64,000 nucleotides of DNA from a virus (taxonomy: Duplodnaviria > Caudoviricetes), in IMG/VR virus record IMGVR_UViG_3300042474_001076, positions 24,142-88,141 of that record, one strand, 5' to 3'. A program made the translations under genes and the position numbers. Position 1 is the first letter of the stretch, and every line of letters starts with the position of its first letter. A model generated the notes under the pieces. That model did no database searches, was not told where the DNA came from, and saw only the letters and a program-made list of their open reading frames with translations. Positions 27,995-38,946 of the stretch are shown here, in pieces.

Positions 27995-28855
27995 ATGGCG
28001 ACAAACAATTCCTTTGATGCGGTTTTGGCTCAGTATGAGAGTTCAAAACAAAGTGGTTCTTCTTCCACTTCAAAATTTACACAAGAAGAAAGAATGAAAA
28101 AGTATTTCGCAGCAATCCTTAAGGATACCGAAAAACAAGGTCAGAGAACAATCCGTATTTTACCTACAACAGATGGGTCATCACCTTTTAAAGAGGTATG
28201 GTTCCACGAAATTAATGTTGACGGTAAATGGCAAAAGTTCTATGATCCGGCAAAAAATGACAACGAACGTTCACCTTTAAATGAGGTTTATGAAGAGTTG
28301 ATTTCAACAGGTCGTGAATCCGACAAACAATTAGCAACACAATACAAATCACGTAAGTTTTATATTGTTAAAGTAATTGATCGTGATAACGAATCTGACG
28401 GTGTTAAATTTTGGAGATTTAAACACAATTACAAACAAGAAGGAATACTTGATAAAATTATTCCAATTTGGAAGGCAAAAGGTGATGTTACCGACTCTGA
28501 TAATGGTCGTGACTTAATCCTTGAACTTACAAAGGCAAAGACTCCAAAAGGAGCAACATATACCGTAATTCAAACGGTTATGTATGATGATCCATCACCA
28601 ACACATACTGATACTGATACATCTAATGATTGGATTAATAATGAGTTAACTTGGGAGGATGTATATTCCAAAAAACCTGTTGAGTATCTTGAATCAATTG
28701 CTAAAGGAGAAACCCCAAGATGGGATACTGATGCGGGAAAATACATTTATTCCAACAGTAGTGTATCTGAAATTTCTTTGGGTGGATCAAAATCAATTAA
28801 TCAAGTTGAAGACCCTCAAACAAATAATAACGTTGATGAGGAATTACCATTCTAA
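27995..28855 (+). CDS. Single-stranded DNA-binding protein (T4 gp32-like)
   Basis: IRILP...SPFKEV.FH, RKFYIVKVIDR...DGVKFW, D...GRDL.L; acidic C-terminal tail DEELPF. Confidence 0.8.
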   Translation: MATNNSFDAVLAQYESSKQSGSSSTSKFTQEERMKKYFAAILKDTEKQGQRTIRILPTTDGSSPFKEVWFHEINVDGKWQKFYDPAKNDNERSPLNEVYEELISTGRESDKQLATQYKSRKFYIVKVIDRDNESDGVKFWRFKHNYKQEGILDKIIPIWKAKGDVTDSDNGRDLILELTKAKTPKGATYTVIQTVMYDDPSPTHTDTDTSNDWINNELTWEDVYSKKPVEYLESIAKGETPRWDTDAGKYIYSNSSVSEISLGGSKSINQVEDPQTNNNVDEELPF

Positions 28856-28867
28856 TTAAAGTTCGAC

Positions 28868-28903
28868 ATGGGCACTTGGAAATACTGAGTGTCCATATTT
28901 TTT
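28868..28903 (+). terminator. Hairpin/terminator after SSB
   Basis: ATGGGCACTTGG-AAATA-CTGAGTGTCCAT (12 bp with G-U pairs) followed by ATTTTTT. Confidence 0.65.
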
Positions 28904-28926
28904 AAAATCAAAAAAAATCAAAAAAA

Positions 28927-29154
28927 ATGAGTAAAATAGCAGAAAAAATGTATGAGGCATTGTCCTTAAAGTATCGCAGTGAAATGGCAGAATCAGAAGC
29001 GACGTTATTAGTTTATTTAACTTCATCTGTTGGTATTGGTGAACATCCACAACATTTAGAAGAAATGGATAAGTTAGTTGAAAAATTCGCAAACGCACAA
29101 GATAAACTTGAGTCATTGGAAAAAATTCGTAAATATAATTCAGAAATTTTATAA
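28927..29154 (+). CDS. Conserved small phage hypothetical protein (GIGEHP family)
   Basis: VYL...VGIGEHP....EMDK helical-hairpin motif common in T4-like aquatic phages. Confidence 0.65.
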   Translation: MSKIAEKMYEALSLKYRSEMAESEATLLVYLTSSVGIGEHPQHLEEMDKLVEKFANAQDKLESLEKIRKYNSEIL

Positions 29155-29158
29155 TAAA

Positions 29159-30142
29159 ATGGCGATAAGAAAAAGAGAAATATCTTTAGAAACAATTAAA
29201 GGTAAATATTCGACAAAAACAAAATACAAACCAGAAAGTTTCTATAATTGTGGAGAAGCTTTTATGGGATCATGTGGATTACCTGGCCCTATTATGGGTG
29301 GTATAAATATGTTTTTAGGACATTCAAATACCTCAAAAACAACGGCAATGATCCTTGCGGCAGCTGACGCTCAGAAAAAAGGTCATTTACCTATTCTTAT
29401 TATTACTGAGAAAAAATGGTCTTGGGAACATGCTATTGAATTGGGATTACAGGCGGAAAAAAACGAACTTGGTGAGTATGATGGAATGTTTATTTTTAAC
29501 GATTCATTTGATGTAATTGAACAAGCAACTGAATTTATTAATGACATTCTTGACGCTCAAGAAAAGGGAGATATTCCTTATAGTTTATTATTTTTGTGGG
29601 ACAGTATTGGAAGTATACCTTGTCAGATGACTTTTGATGGTAAAGGCGGTGGAATGCACAACGCAAAAGTATTAGCGGATAAAATTGGTATGGGAATTCA
29701 TTCAAGAATCTCAAAATCTAAAAAAGAAGACTACCCATATTACAATACTTTAGTAATCTTAAATCAACCTTGGGTGTTACTTCCTGATAATCCATTTGGA
29801 CAACCTGAAATCAAAGCCAAAGGTGGTGAAGCGGTATGGTTGGCATCATCATTAGTGTTTTTATTTGGTAATCAGAAAAAGGCAGGTATTAGTCACATTG
29901 ATGCGACTAAGAATGGTAGAAAAGTATCTTTTGCAATTAGAACTAAAATTTCGATATTAAAGAATCACGTTAATGGTCTTGGGTATAAAGATGGTAAGAT
30001 AATTGCAGTACCACAAGGTTATATTGCAGACACAAAAGAATCTTTGGATAATTATAAGAAAGACTATTCTGATTATTGGGAAACAAAATTAGGGTATTCA
30101 GATTATTCTTTAGCCGAATCTGATGATGACTCTGACGAGTAA
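29159..30142 (+). CDS. RecA/UvsX-like recombinase
   Basis: Degenerate P-loop GHSNTSKT, I.TE.K, Walker B LFLWDSIGS, ILNQ, KGGEA; start corrected to ATG 29159 (MAIRKRE). Confidence 0.8.
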   Translation: MAIRKREISLETIKGKYSTKTKYKPESFYNCGEAFMGSCGLPGPIMGGINMFLGHSNTSKTTAMILAAADAQKKGHLPILIITEKKWSWEHAIELGLQAEKNELGEYDGMFIFNDSFDVIEQATEFINDILDAQEKGDIPYSLLFLWDSIGSIPCQMTFDGKGGGMHNAKVLADKIGMGIHSRISKSKKEDYPYYNTLVILNQPWVLLPDNPFGQPEIKAKGGEAVWLASSLVFLFGNQKKAGISHIDATKNGRKVSFAIRTKISILKNHVNGLGYKDGKIIAVPQGYIADTKESLDNYKKDYSDYWETKLGYSDYSLAESDDDSDE

Positions 30143-30173
30143 AAAGTATTTTCAAACGACTTAAAAAATTTAA

Positions 30174-31184
30174 ATGGTCAAAACATTAATTGTTGATGGT
30201 AACAATTTATTAAAAATAGGATTTCACGGAGTTAAAGATTTTTATAATAATGGGGAACACATTGGTGGAACTTGGCATTTTATTAACACAATTCGTAAAT
30301 TCTTAGAAGAAACCAATTTTAATAAAGTTATGGTCTTTTGGGATAGTGACACAAACTCATCTCAAAGAAAATTAATATATCCAAAATATAAGATGAATCG
30401 TAAATCTTCTCCTAATGATGTGGAGAAGACAGATTCATTTAACAAACAAAAAACAAGAGTTAAACAATATCTTGAAGAGATGTTTATTAGACAATTAGAG
30501 ATTGAAAATTCGGAAGCCGATGATCTTATTGCGTATTACTGTCAAATCTCTTTAGATGAAGAGAAAACGATATTCTCAAGTGATAAAGACTTAACTCAAT
30601 TAATTTCAGAAAAGGTATTAATTTATTCACCAAACTTAAAGTCGTATTATAAATTTGGTGACAACATTAAATTTAAAAATTGTTCGATTCCTCATTATAA
30701 TGTTATGACATTTAAGATCCTTGCTGGTGATACTTCGGATAATATTGATGGAATAAGTTTAATGGGTGAGAAAACTTTAATTAAATTTTTTCCTGAAATA
30801 CTTGATTCAAAGATATATTTAACCGATATTTTAACAAAAGGTGAACAACTATTAAAAGAACAACAAAAAAATGTTGTTTTAGGAAATTTAATCATTGGAA
30901 AAACAAAAGAAGGTATTATGGGTGATGATTTTTTTAGAATCAATAAAAAACTCGTAGATTTATCAGAACCTTTAATTGATGAAGATGGTAAAAAAATGGT
31001 TAGAGAATATTACTCTGAGTCAATGGATCCTGATGGAAGAGGACATAGAAACCTAATTAGAATGATGATGACCGACGGGTTCTTCAAGTACCTCCCAAAA
31101 GGAGATGATGCATGGATTAATTTTTTAAAACCATTTTTAAAATTATCAAGAAAAGAAAAAACAAAATTTAGAAACAAAATTTAG
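30174..31184 (+). CDS. 5'-3' exonuclease/flap endonuclease (Pol I N-terminal or T4 RNase H-like)
   Basis: LIVDGNNL, YKMNR, EADDLIA, SSDKDLTQL, GDTSDNIDGI..MGEKT. Confidence 0.92.
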   Translation: MVKTLIVDGNNLLKIGFHGVKDFYNNGEHIGGTWHFINTIRKFLEETNFNKVMVFWDSDTNSSQRKLIYPKYKMNRKSSPNDVEKTDSFNKQKTRVKQYLEEMFIRQLEIENSEADDLIAYYCQISLDEEKTIFSSDKDLTQLISEKVLIYSPNLKSYYKFGDNIKFKNCSIPHYNVMTFKILAGDTSDNIDGISLMGEKTLIKFFPEILDSKIYLTDILTKGEQLLKEQQKNVVLGNLIIGKTKEGIMGDDFFRINKKLVDLSEPLIDEDGKKMVREYYSESMDPDGRGHRNLIRMMMTDGFFKYLPKGDDAWINFLKPFLKLSRKEKTKFRNKI

Positions 31185-31206
31185 AAACAAAAATTAAAAA
31201 AAAAGT

Positions 31207-31659
31207 ATGAAAGATCAAGATGTAACAAAAGTAGAATTTTTATTAATGTGTAATGACAATATTGTCGTACAAAGATTTTTTAATGTGAAAGGTTTAAACA
31301 AAAACTCTCACAAATCAGTTGAATTTTATGATTATTTTCGTTTATTTACGGATAAATTAAAAAATAATTTAAAAATGAGGAGTGTTATCTATATGTTAGA
31401 TAACCAATACGAAATAGGTGTAAATCCTGATATGTTAAACACATCAATTACTGATGGACCTGAAAATTTTAATGTTTATGTTAAAATTGGTGATATGACA
31501 ATATGTCAGAGAACATTTAACGCAAAACATTACCCGCCAAAAATAAGGTATACGGTAGATCTACGACCACAATTAAAAAGTGTACTTAATGATCTTACTG
31601 ACATTTTTTCAGGTAAAAATTTTAATTATTATTACCCGAATTTTAATCAAAACCAATAG
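31207..31659 (+). CDS. Hypothetical protein
   Basis: 150-aa ORF in the replication operon; no recognised motif. Confidence 0.6.
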   Translation: MKDQDVTKVEFLLMCNDNIVVQRFFNVKGLNKNSHKSVEFYDYFRLFTDKLKNNLKMRSVIYMLDNQYEIGVNPDMLNTSITDGPENFNVYVKIGDMTICQRTFNAKHYPPKIRYTVDLRPQLKSVLNDLTDIFSGKNFNYYYPNFNQNQ

Positions 31660-31688
31660 TATTTATCATTACTAACAAAACAAAAAAC

Positions 31689-33065
31689 ATGGCGACAAAC
31701 AAAAACTTTGAGTACTTAGGTAATGTATTTCAATTACAATTATTAAACCAAATTATATTAGATAAAGACTTTTCACAGTCAATTATTGATGTAATAGAAA
31801 ACAATTATTTTGAAAATAAATACTTTAAAATAATTGTTCAAATGATTAAGGAGTATTATGTAAAATACGATCATACCCCATCATTTGAAACATTGGAACA
31901 GATTACTAAATCTGAATTACAACAAGAAATTGCGTCTAAAATAGTTTTGGACACAATTAAGAAAATTAAGGATTCACCTATTGACGGTGTTAATTTTGTG
32001 CAAGAAAAGGCTTTAAAATTCTGTAAACAACAAGAACTTCAAAAAGTTATGAATAAAGCTCAAAAAATAATTGATGGAGGTGAATTTGAAAATTATGACA
32101 CTCTTGAAGAGTTAGTTAGAGGAGCATTACAAGTAGGAGAAAAAAATACTAATGCTATGGATGTTTTTTCTAATATTTATCAGGTACTTGATGATGATTA
32201 TAGACATCCAATACCAATGGGAATTCCAGGTATCGATAAACTATTAAAAGGTGGTTTAGCTAGAGGTGAAATTGGTGTTATTTTAGCTCCAACAGGAGTG
32301 GGTAAATCTACAATCTTAACTAAAATTGCTAACCACGCATTTAACTTAGGAAACAACGTACTTCAGATCTTTTTTGAAGATAACCCAAAGGTAATTCAAA
32401 GAAAACATTTTACTCTTTGGACAAAAATTCATCCTGACGAATTATCTGAAAAAAGGGATGAGGTAATAGAAAAAGTTAAAGTTATCGAAGAGTCAATGCC
32501 AAATAAGTTAATAATGAATAAATTACCTTCTGACACTGTAACTATTTTACAAATTAAAAATCAAATTAGAAAAATGGTTGCTGAAGGAACAAAGATTGAT
32601 ATGGTATTATTAGATTATATTGACTGTGTTGTTCCTGAAAAAAATTTGGGTGATGAATGGAAAAGTGAAGGTTCTGTTATGAGAGGGTTTGAAGCTATGT
32701 GTCATGAACTTAATTTAGTTGGATGGACTGCAACACAAGGTAATAGAAGTTCTATTTCTTCTGAGGTTGTAACAACTGATCAAATGGGTGGATCAATTAA
32801 AAAAGCACAAGTTGGTCACGTTATTATTACGGTTGCAAAAACACTTCAACAGAAAGAGATGAAATTAGCGACAATAGCAATTACAAAATCAAGGGTTGGT
32901 GATGACGGTGTAATATTTGAAAATTGTAAATTTGATAATGCAATGTTAGACATTGACACCGAGAGTTCTATGACTTTCTTAGGTTTAGAAGAAAAACAAG
33001 AAGAAAGACAAAGACAAAGAGTAATAGAATTGTTAGAAAAAAGACAAGAAAGACAAAACAATTAA
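31689..33065 (+). CDS. Replicative DnaB-like helicase (T4 gp41-like)
   Basis: APTGVGKS Walker A, LLDYID Walker B, WTATQGNR, KSRVG. Confidence 0.92.
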   Translation: MATNKNFEYLGNVFQLQLLNQIILDKDFSQSIIDVIENNYFENKYFKIIVQMIKEYYVKYDHTPSFETLEQITKSELQQEIASKIVLDTIKKIKDSPIDGVNFVQEKALKFCKQQELQKVMNKAQKIIDGGEFENYDTLEELVRGALQVGEKNTNAMDVFSNIYQVLDDDYRHPIPMGIPGIDKLLKGGLARGEIGVILAPTGVGKSTILTKIANHAFNLGNNVLQIFFEDNPKVIQRKHFTLWTKIHPDELSEKRDEVIEKVKVIEESMPNKLIMNKLPSDTVTILQIKNQIRKMVAEGTKIDMVLLDYIDCVVPEKNLGDEWKSEGSVMRGFEAMCHELNLVGWTATQGNRSSISSEVVTTDQMGGSIKKAQVGHVIITVAKTLQQKEMKLATIAITKSRVGDDGVIFENCKFDNAMLDIDTESSMTFLGLEEKQEERQRQRVIELLEKRQERQNN

Positions 33066-33081
33066 AAAATAATTAAATAAA

Positions 33082-34029
33082 ATGGAAAAAATATTAATTG
33101 AAAACCCCTCAAGATTCGTCATATTCCCAATTGAACATAATGACATATGGGAATTTTATAAACAACATCAAGCAGCATTTTGGACGGCAGAAGAAGTAGA
33201 TTTAACAAATGATATTCGTGATTGGGAAAAACTAACGGATAATGAAAAATACTTTGTTAAAAATTTATTATCATTTTTTGCGGCATCTGATGGTATTGTT
33301 AATGAAAACTTAGCGGAAAATTTTTATCGTGAGGTACAATATCCTGAAGCAAAATTCTTTTACGGATTCCAATTAGCAATGGAAAACATTCACTCATTGA
33401 TGTATTCGTTATTGATTGATACCTATATTAGTGATACTAAAGAAAAAGACGAATGTTTTAATGCGATTGATAGACTACCTGCGGTACAGAAGAAGGCAAA
33501 ATGGGCATTAAACTGGATTGATAATTCATCTTTCCAAGAAAGGTTAATTGCTTTTGCTGCAGTTGAAGGAATATTCTTTTCAGGTTCATTCTGTTCTATT
33601 TTTTGGTTAAAGTCAAGAGGAATTATGCAAGGACTATGTAACGCTAATTCTCTAATTTTTAAAGATGAAAATCTACATTGTGATTTTGCAATTCATTTGT
33701 TAAATAACCATTGTGAAAATAAACCATCAGAAAAAAGAATTAAAGAAATTTTATTATCCGCACTTGAGATTGAAAAAGAATTTATTACCGAATCCTTACC
33801 AGTTTCATTGATTGGAATGAACTCAAATTTAATGAAACAATATTTGGAATTTGTTGTAGATGGTCTTTTGGTAAAATTTGGTTGTAATAAAGAATTTAAT
33901 GTTGACCAACCATTTAAATTTATGGAACAAATTGCTGTTGAAACAAAAGGTAATTTCTTTGAGTCAAGAACAATGGAATATCAAAAAGCAAAATTAAATG
34001 AAAAAATTACGTTTGAAGAAGATTTTTAA
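33082..34029 (+). CDS. nrdB: Ribonucleotide reductase class Ia beta subunit
   Basis: [53 protein letters not shown]. Confidence 0.97.
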   Translation: MEKILIENPSRFVIFPIEHNDIWEFYKQHQAAFWTAEEVDLTNDIRDWEKLTDNEKYFVKNLLSFFAASDGIVNENLAENFYREVQYPEAKFFYGFQLAMENIHSLMYSLLIDTYISDTKEKDECFNAIDRLPAVQKKAKWALNWIDNSSFQERLIAFAAVEGIFFSGSFCSIFWLKSRGIMQGLCNANSLIFKDENLHCDFAIHLLNNHCENKPSEKRIKEILLSALEIEKEFITESLPVSLIGMNSNLMKQYLEFVVDGLLVKFGCNKEFNVDQPFKFMEQIAVETKGNFFESRTMEYQKAKLNEKITFEEDF

Positions 34030-34045
34030 AAATTAAAAAAATACT

Positions 34046-36475
34046 ATGTCACTTAAAATAATAAAAAGAGATGGGGATAATGTAACATTTAACCCACAAA
34101 AAATTTACAATCGTGTTAAAAAATCTGCAAAAGGTTTGAGTGTCAATTCAGACGAGATTTTTATCAAGGTTATCACTTCAGTACCAACTGAAGGTGATAT
34201 AACAACAAAAGAATTAGATAAATTAATTTATGAGATAGCGGCGTCTTACACTGGAAGTCATCATGATTACTCAAGATTAGCATCTTCAATTGCAATTTCT
34301 TCATACCATAAAGAAACTAACCCAAGTTTTTCAGAAACAATGTTAGAGTTACATTCACATGGAATTATTAATGATGTGTTAGTGGAAACAATTCAAAAAT
34401 ACGGAGAAAAAAATATTGATGAAATTATAAATCATAATAACGATTATAATTTTGATTATTTTGCTTGGAGATCATTACAAGAGATGTATTTACTAAAAAC
34501 ACCAGAAGGAAAAGTAATTGAACGACCTCAACACATGTATATGAGGGTATCTATATGGGTTACAGATAATTTTGAAGACGCAATTGAATATTATAAATCA
34601 TTATCAAATCAACTTATTTCTAAAGCAACACCGATAATGATTAATTCTGGTACAAAAGTACCTCAATTAGCTTCTTGTGTTTTACATTATAATAATTCGG
34701 ATTCAAGACAAGGATTATTGGACACATTAAACGATATTTCAACTTACTCTTCAGATGCAGCAGGAATTGGATTATCTATGTCTAACATTAGAAGTAAGGA
34801 AAGTAGAATATCTACATCAGGGGGACACTCGGGTGGGTTGTTGAAGTATTTAAAAATTGTTAACGAATCATTAAGGTTTTTTAATCAACAAGGTCGTAGA
34901 CCTGGATCCGCAGCAATTTATTTGGAACCTTGGCATAAAGATATTATAGACTTATTGGAAATTAAAAAAAATACTGGTGCTGAAGAATTAAGAGCTCGTG
35001 ATTTATTTACGGCACTTTGGATTCCTGACAACTTTATGAGATCAGTTAAAAATAATGAAGATTGGTATTTGTTATGTCCTAACGATATAATTAAAGCGGG
35101 GATTAAACCATTACAAGAATCATTTGGTAATGAATATGAAGAAAATTACAATAAAGCTGTTTCTTTAGGGTTAGGTAAGAAAGTTAAGGCACAAGATATA
35201 TGGTCTAAAATAATCGAATCACAAATTGAAACTGGAATTCCTTATCTATGTTCCAAAGATAATGCAAACAGAAAAACTAATCATCAAAATATTGGAGTAA
35301 TTAAACAATCTAATCTTTGTAATGAGATATATCAGTATACGGATGAAGAAACTACTGCAATTTGTACCCTATCGTCTATTGTACTTAAAAACTTTATTAT
35401 TGGAAATAAATTTGATTTTCAATTATTATTTAATGAAGTTAGAAAAGTTGTGAGAACTTTAAACAAAGTTATCGATATAAATAGTTACTCAACTAAAAAA
35501 GGATTAAAAGGGGGGTTAGAACAAAGAGCAATTGCTATTGGAACACAAGGTTTGGCAGATGTTTTTTATTTACTTGATTTAATTTTTACTGAAGAAGAGG
35601 CAAAATTATTAAACAAACAAATCTTTGAAACGATATATTATGGTGCAATATACGAGAGCAATGATTTATGTAAAAAAAATAAATATAAACCATATAAATT
35701 CTTTAAAGGATCACCAATGTCGAAAAGAATATTTCAATTTGACATGTGGGGATTAACTGATGATAATTTATCAGGATATTGGGATTGGAATACATTAAAA
35801 GATGATGTAAAACAGTATGGTGTATGTAATTCATTATTTACCGCACAAATGCCTGTAGCGTCTTCAGCTAAGATTACAGGTTCATTTGAAATGACAGAAC
35901 CCGCACATTCAGCATTATTTAATCGACGAGTTGTTGGTGGTGAAATAATGATTGTAAACAAATACTTAATTACTGATTTTGAAAAAATTGGGATATGGTC
36001 TGAAGATTTAAAAAATGAAATTATTATGAATGAAGGATCAATTAAAAATATTAATTTTAATAACTATTTAGATCCTGATGACAAAAATTATAATAAAAAA
36101 GTTAAAAGAATTGAACATTTAATACCTAAATACAAAACAATTTGGGAGATATCACAAAAAGAATTAATTAATATGGCGGCAGATAGAGCCCCATTTATTG
36201 ATCAATCACAATCAATGAACATTTATATGTCAAGTCCTACATTATCTAAAATTACCTCATCACATTTCCATTCTTGGGAAAAAGGTTTAAAAACCCTTTG
36301 TTATTATGTAAGAACAAAAGCAATCTCAACGGGAGCTAAACATTTGGCGTTGGACACAAGTAAAAAAGAAAAAATAAATTTTAACTCAGAAGTACCAAAA
36401 TTTGAACATGTAAATGAAGGTTTACCATTAAAACCGGATAGTTCAGAGTTTGAATGTTTTGGTTGTTCATCTTAA
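34046..36475 (+). CDS. nrdA: Ribonucleotide reductase class Ia alpha subunit with ATP cone
   Basis: ERPQHMYMR, QLASC, QSNLCNEI, ICTLSS, MPVASS, KTLCYYVRTK, C-terminal CxxC (ECFGCSS); no intein or intron seen. Confidence 0.97.
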   Translation: MSLKIIKRDGDNVTFNPQKIYNRVKKSAKGLSVNSDEIFIKVITSVPTEGDITTKELDKLIYEIAASYTGSHHDYSRLASSIAISSYHKETNPSFSETMLELHSHGIINDVLVETIQKYGEKNIDEIINHNNDYNFDYFAWRSLQEMYLLKTPEGKVIERPQHMYMRVSIWVTDNFEDAIEYYKSLSNQLISKATPIMINSGTKVPQLASCVLHYNNSDSRQGLLDTLNDISTYSSDAAGIGLSMSNIRSKESRISTSGGHSGGLLKYLKIVNESLRFFNQQGRRPGSAAIYLEPWHKDIIDLLEIKKNTGAEELRARDLFTALWIPDNFMRSVKNNEDWYLLCPNDIIKAGIKPLQESFGNEYEENYNKAVSLGLGKKVKAQDIWSKIIESQIETGIPYLCSKDNANRKTNHQNIGVIKQSNLCNEIYQYTDEETTAICTLSSIVLKNFIIGNKFDFQLLFNEVRKVVRTLNKVIDINSYSTKKGLKGGLEQRAIAIGTQGLADVFYLLDLIFTEEEAKLLNKQIFETIYYGAIYESNDLCKKNKYKPYKFFKGSPMSKRIFQFDMWGLTDDNLSGYWDWNTLKDDVKQYGVCNSLFTAQMPVASSAKITGSFEMTEPAHSALFNRRVVGGEIMIVNKYLITDFEKIGIWSEDLKNEIIMNEGSIKNINFNNYLDPDDKNYNKKVKRIEHLIPKYKTIWEISQKELINMAADRAPFIDQSQSMNIYMSSPTLSKITSSHFHSWEKGLKTLCYYVRTKAISTGAKHLALDTSKKEKINFNSEVPKFEHVNEGLPLKPDSSEFECFGCSS

Positions 36476-36494
36476 AATAAATCACTATTTAAAT

Positions 36495-36526
36495 AAATCA
36501 CGGCAAAAGTCGTGATTTTTTATTTT
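36495..36526 (+). terminator. Rho-independent terminator after nrdA
   Basis: AAATCACGGC-AAAA-GTCGTGATTT stem followed by a T-run. Confidence 0.8.
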
Positions 36527-36569
36527 ATATCTATTTAATCAAAAATTCTTAACCTTATATTTATTAGAT

Positions 36570-37028
36570 ATGGCAAATGGAATAACATATGGTTTAACTT
36601 TCCCGTTTAGGGATTCGTTCGTTGGTAGATATTTAGATACCTCTAATGATAGTGATGAAGAAATAAGAAGTAATCTTGTACACTTATTATTAAGTAAAAA
36701 AGGAACAAGATACTTTTTACCCGATTTTGGGTCTAGATTATACGAATATCTTTTTGAACCTTTAGACGGACCAACATTTAGTGAAATTGAAAATGAAATA
36801 AGGGATTCTGTTAGTAAATATATGCCAGGGATCTTAATAACAAACATTAAGATAACCGACGCATCAACAGAAGACCAAAATCAAGGAACATATGTGAATC
36901 AATATGGGGAAAAAGAATTTACGGTACCAAATATATCACAGTTAGAACATACCGCAAAAGTTAGAATTGATTACAAAAATACTAATAATGCATTTAATTC
37001 AAGTGATTTTTTAATTATTAATATTTAA
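36570..37028 (+). CDS. Baseplate wedge subunit (T4 gp25/GPW-like)
   Basis: IRSNL.HLLL..KG.RYFLPDFGSRLYEYLFEP. Confidence 0.92.
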   Translation: MANGITYGLTFPFRDSFVGRYLDTSNDSDEEIRSNLVHLLLSKKGTRYFLPDFGSRLYEYLFEPLDGPTFSEIENEIRDSVSKYMPGILITNIKITDASTEDQNQGTYVNQYGEKEFTVPNISQLEHTAKVRIDYKNTNNAFNSSDFLIINI

Positions 37029-37034
37029 TAGTAT

Positions 37035-38873
37035 ATGGCAAATAAAAAAATATCTTACACAACTAGAGACTTCGCAGGAATAAGAACTGAATTAATAAAC
37101 TTTACAAGATCTTATTATCCCGACTTAGTACAAAATTTTAATGATGCGGGAGTATTTTCGGTATTATTAGATTTAAACGCTGCGGTAACTGATAACTTAC
37201 AATTTCAGATTGATAGAAGTATACAAGAAACAGTATTACAATACGCACAACAAAAGTCATCTATTTATAATATTGCCAAAACTTATGGTTTAAAAATACC
37301 TGGATCAAGACCTTCGGTTGCGTTAGTAGACTTTTCAATAACAGTTCCGGCTTTTGGGGATAGAGAAGATTTAAGATATTGCGGAGTTTTAAGAAGAGGG
37401 TCTCAGGTTAATGGGGCTGGACAACCATTTGAAACAGTATATGATATTGATTTTTCATCACCAACAAATGCCGAAGGATCACCAAACAGACTAAAAATTC
37501 CAAATTTTGATGCAAATAATAATATTACTAATTATACAATAACAAAAAGAGAGGTTATTGTTAATGGTATAACAAAAGTTTTTAAAAGAGTTATTACACC
37601 AAATGATGTAAAACCATTTTTTGAATTATTTTTACCTGAAAAAAATGTTTTAGGTATAACCAGTGTCTTACTTAAAGACGGGACACAATATACTTCTCCA
37701 CCGGAGACACAAGAATTTATATCGTTATTAAATAGATGGTATGAAGTAAAGGCATTGGCGGAAGACAGAGTTTTTGTTGAAGACCCGACAAAACCATCAG
37801 ATCAACCTGGAATTAAAGTTGGTAAATACATTGTTACAAATACTAAATTTATTAGTGAGTATACCCCAGAAGGTTATACTAAAATGACTTTTGGTGGTGG
37901 AAATGTTTCAGCTGATGAACAATTGAGAGAATTTGCAAGAGACGGTGTTGGATTTGATCTTAACAAATATGTTAATAATTTAGCTTTAGGTAGTGCATTA
38001 AAGCCAAATTCAACATTATTTATACAATATCGTGTTGGGGGAGGACAATCAACCAATTTAGGTGTTAACATTATTACACAGATTGGAACAGTTTCGTTTT
38101 TTGTTAACGGACCCTCAGAATCAATTAACTCAACGGTAGTTAATTCACTTAGAGTTAATAATGTTACCGCAGCAATTGGGGGAGCTAATCCACCAACAAC
38201 TGAGGAAGTAAGACAATATGTATCTTATAATTTTTCCGCACAAAACAGAGCGGTTACAATAAATGATTATGAATCGGTATTAAGAACTATGCCGTCTCAA
38301 TTCGGTGCACCGGGTAAAGTATCTATTGTTGAAGAAAATAATAAAATAAAAATTAAAATGTTATCCTACGACACTAATGGTAATCTAACAGAAGTTATTT
38401 CTAACACACTTAAAAGTAATGTTGCAAACTATCTATCAAATTATAGGATGATAAACGATTACATATCCGTTGAGACAGCTAATGTAATAGATTTAAGTGT
38501 TGATGTAGATGTTGTTTTAGACTCAAGTCAAAATCAAGGGTCAGTTGTTGCTAAAATTATTAATATTGTTACACAATATTTTAGTCCAACTGTTAGGGGG
38601 TTAGGTCAAAATGTTTATGTTTCTGAAATTAGAAGATTAATACAGAGTGAAAATGGTATTATTTCTGTTTCAGGAATATTCATTTATAATAAAGTTGGGG
38701 GACAATATTCATCTTCCCAAACTTCACAGGCGTATGAAGACCCATCAACAAAAATGATTAAATTAATTGCCGATACAATATTTGCAGAACCAACTCAAAT
38801 ATATCAAATTAGGTATCCAAACAAAGACATTACCGTTAATGTTCTTAATTTAAAAACAATTAATTTCTCTTGA
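37035..38873 (+). CDS. Baseplate wedge subunit (T4 gp6/baseplate J-like)
   Basis: YTTRDF..IR.EL, YRVGGG...N, A.GGA, QNRAVTINDY. Confidence 0.9.
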   Translation: MANKKISYTTRDFAGIRTELINFTRSYYPDLVQNFNDAGVFSVLLDLNAAVTDNLQFQIDRSIQETVLQYAQQKSSIYNIAKTYGLKIPGSRPSVALVDFSITVPAFGDREDLRYCGVLRRGSQVNGAGQPFETVYDIDFSSPTNAEGSPNRLKIPNFDANNNITNYTITKREVIVNGITKVFKRVITPNDVKPFFELFLPEKNVLGITSVLLKDGTQYTSPPETQEFISLLNRWYEVKALAEDRVFVEDPTKPSDQPGIKVGKYIVTNTKFISEYTPEGYTKMTFGGGNVSADEQLREFARDGVGFDLNKYVNNLALGSALKPNSTLFIQYRVGGGQSTNLGVNIITQIGTVSFFVNGPSESINSTVVNSLRVNNVTAAIGGANPPTTEEVRQYVSYNFSAQNRAVTINDYESVLRTMPSQFGAPGKVSIVEENNKIKIKMLSYDTNGNLTEVISNTLKSNVANYLSNYRMINDYISVETANVIDLSVDVDVVLDSSQNQGSVVAKIINIVTQYFSPTVRGLGQNVYVSEIRRLIQSENGIISVSGIFIYNKVGGQYSSSQTSQAYEDPSTKMIKLIADTIFAEPTQIYQIRYPNKDITVNVLNLKTINFS

Positions 38874-38946
38874 TAATTTATTTTTTGAATAAAAGAATTA
38901 TTTTTTGAAAATAGGAAATAAACTATTTATCAAAAAAGAGTAATTA

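Noticed and set aside
31159-31192. 13-bp tandem duplication AAACAAAATTTAG at the end of the exonuclease gene
   Set aside because: Changes only the last residue and stop codon (KI* versus KN*); likely neutral slippage.
31689-36475. Inteins, introns or homing endonucleases in helicase/nrdAB
   Set aside because: Protein lengths and motif spacing are normal, with no LAGLIDADG/HNH or intein motifs seen.
7190-38873. Bacterial extracellular contractile injection system or tailocin instead of a phage
   Set aside because: Head-neck genes and a full phage replication set (SSB, helicase, primase, RNR, RuvC) are interleaved, indicating a phage genome.
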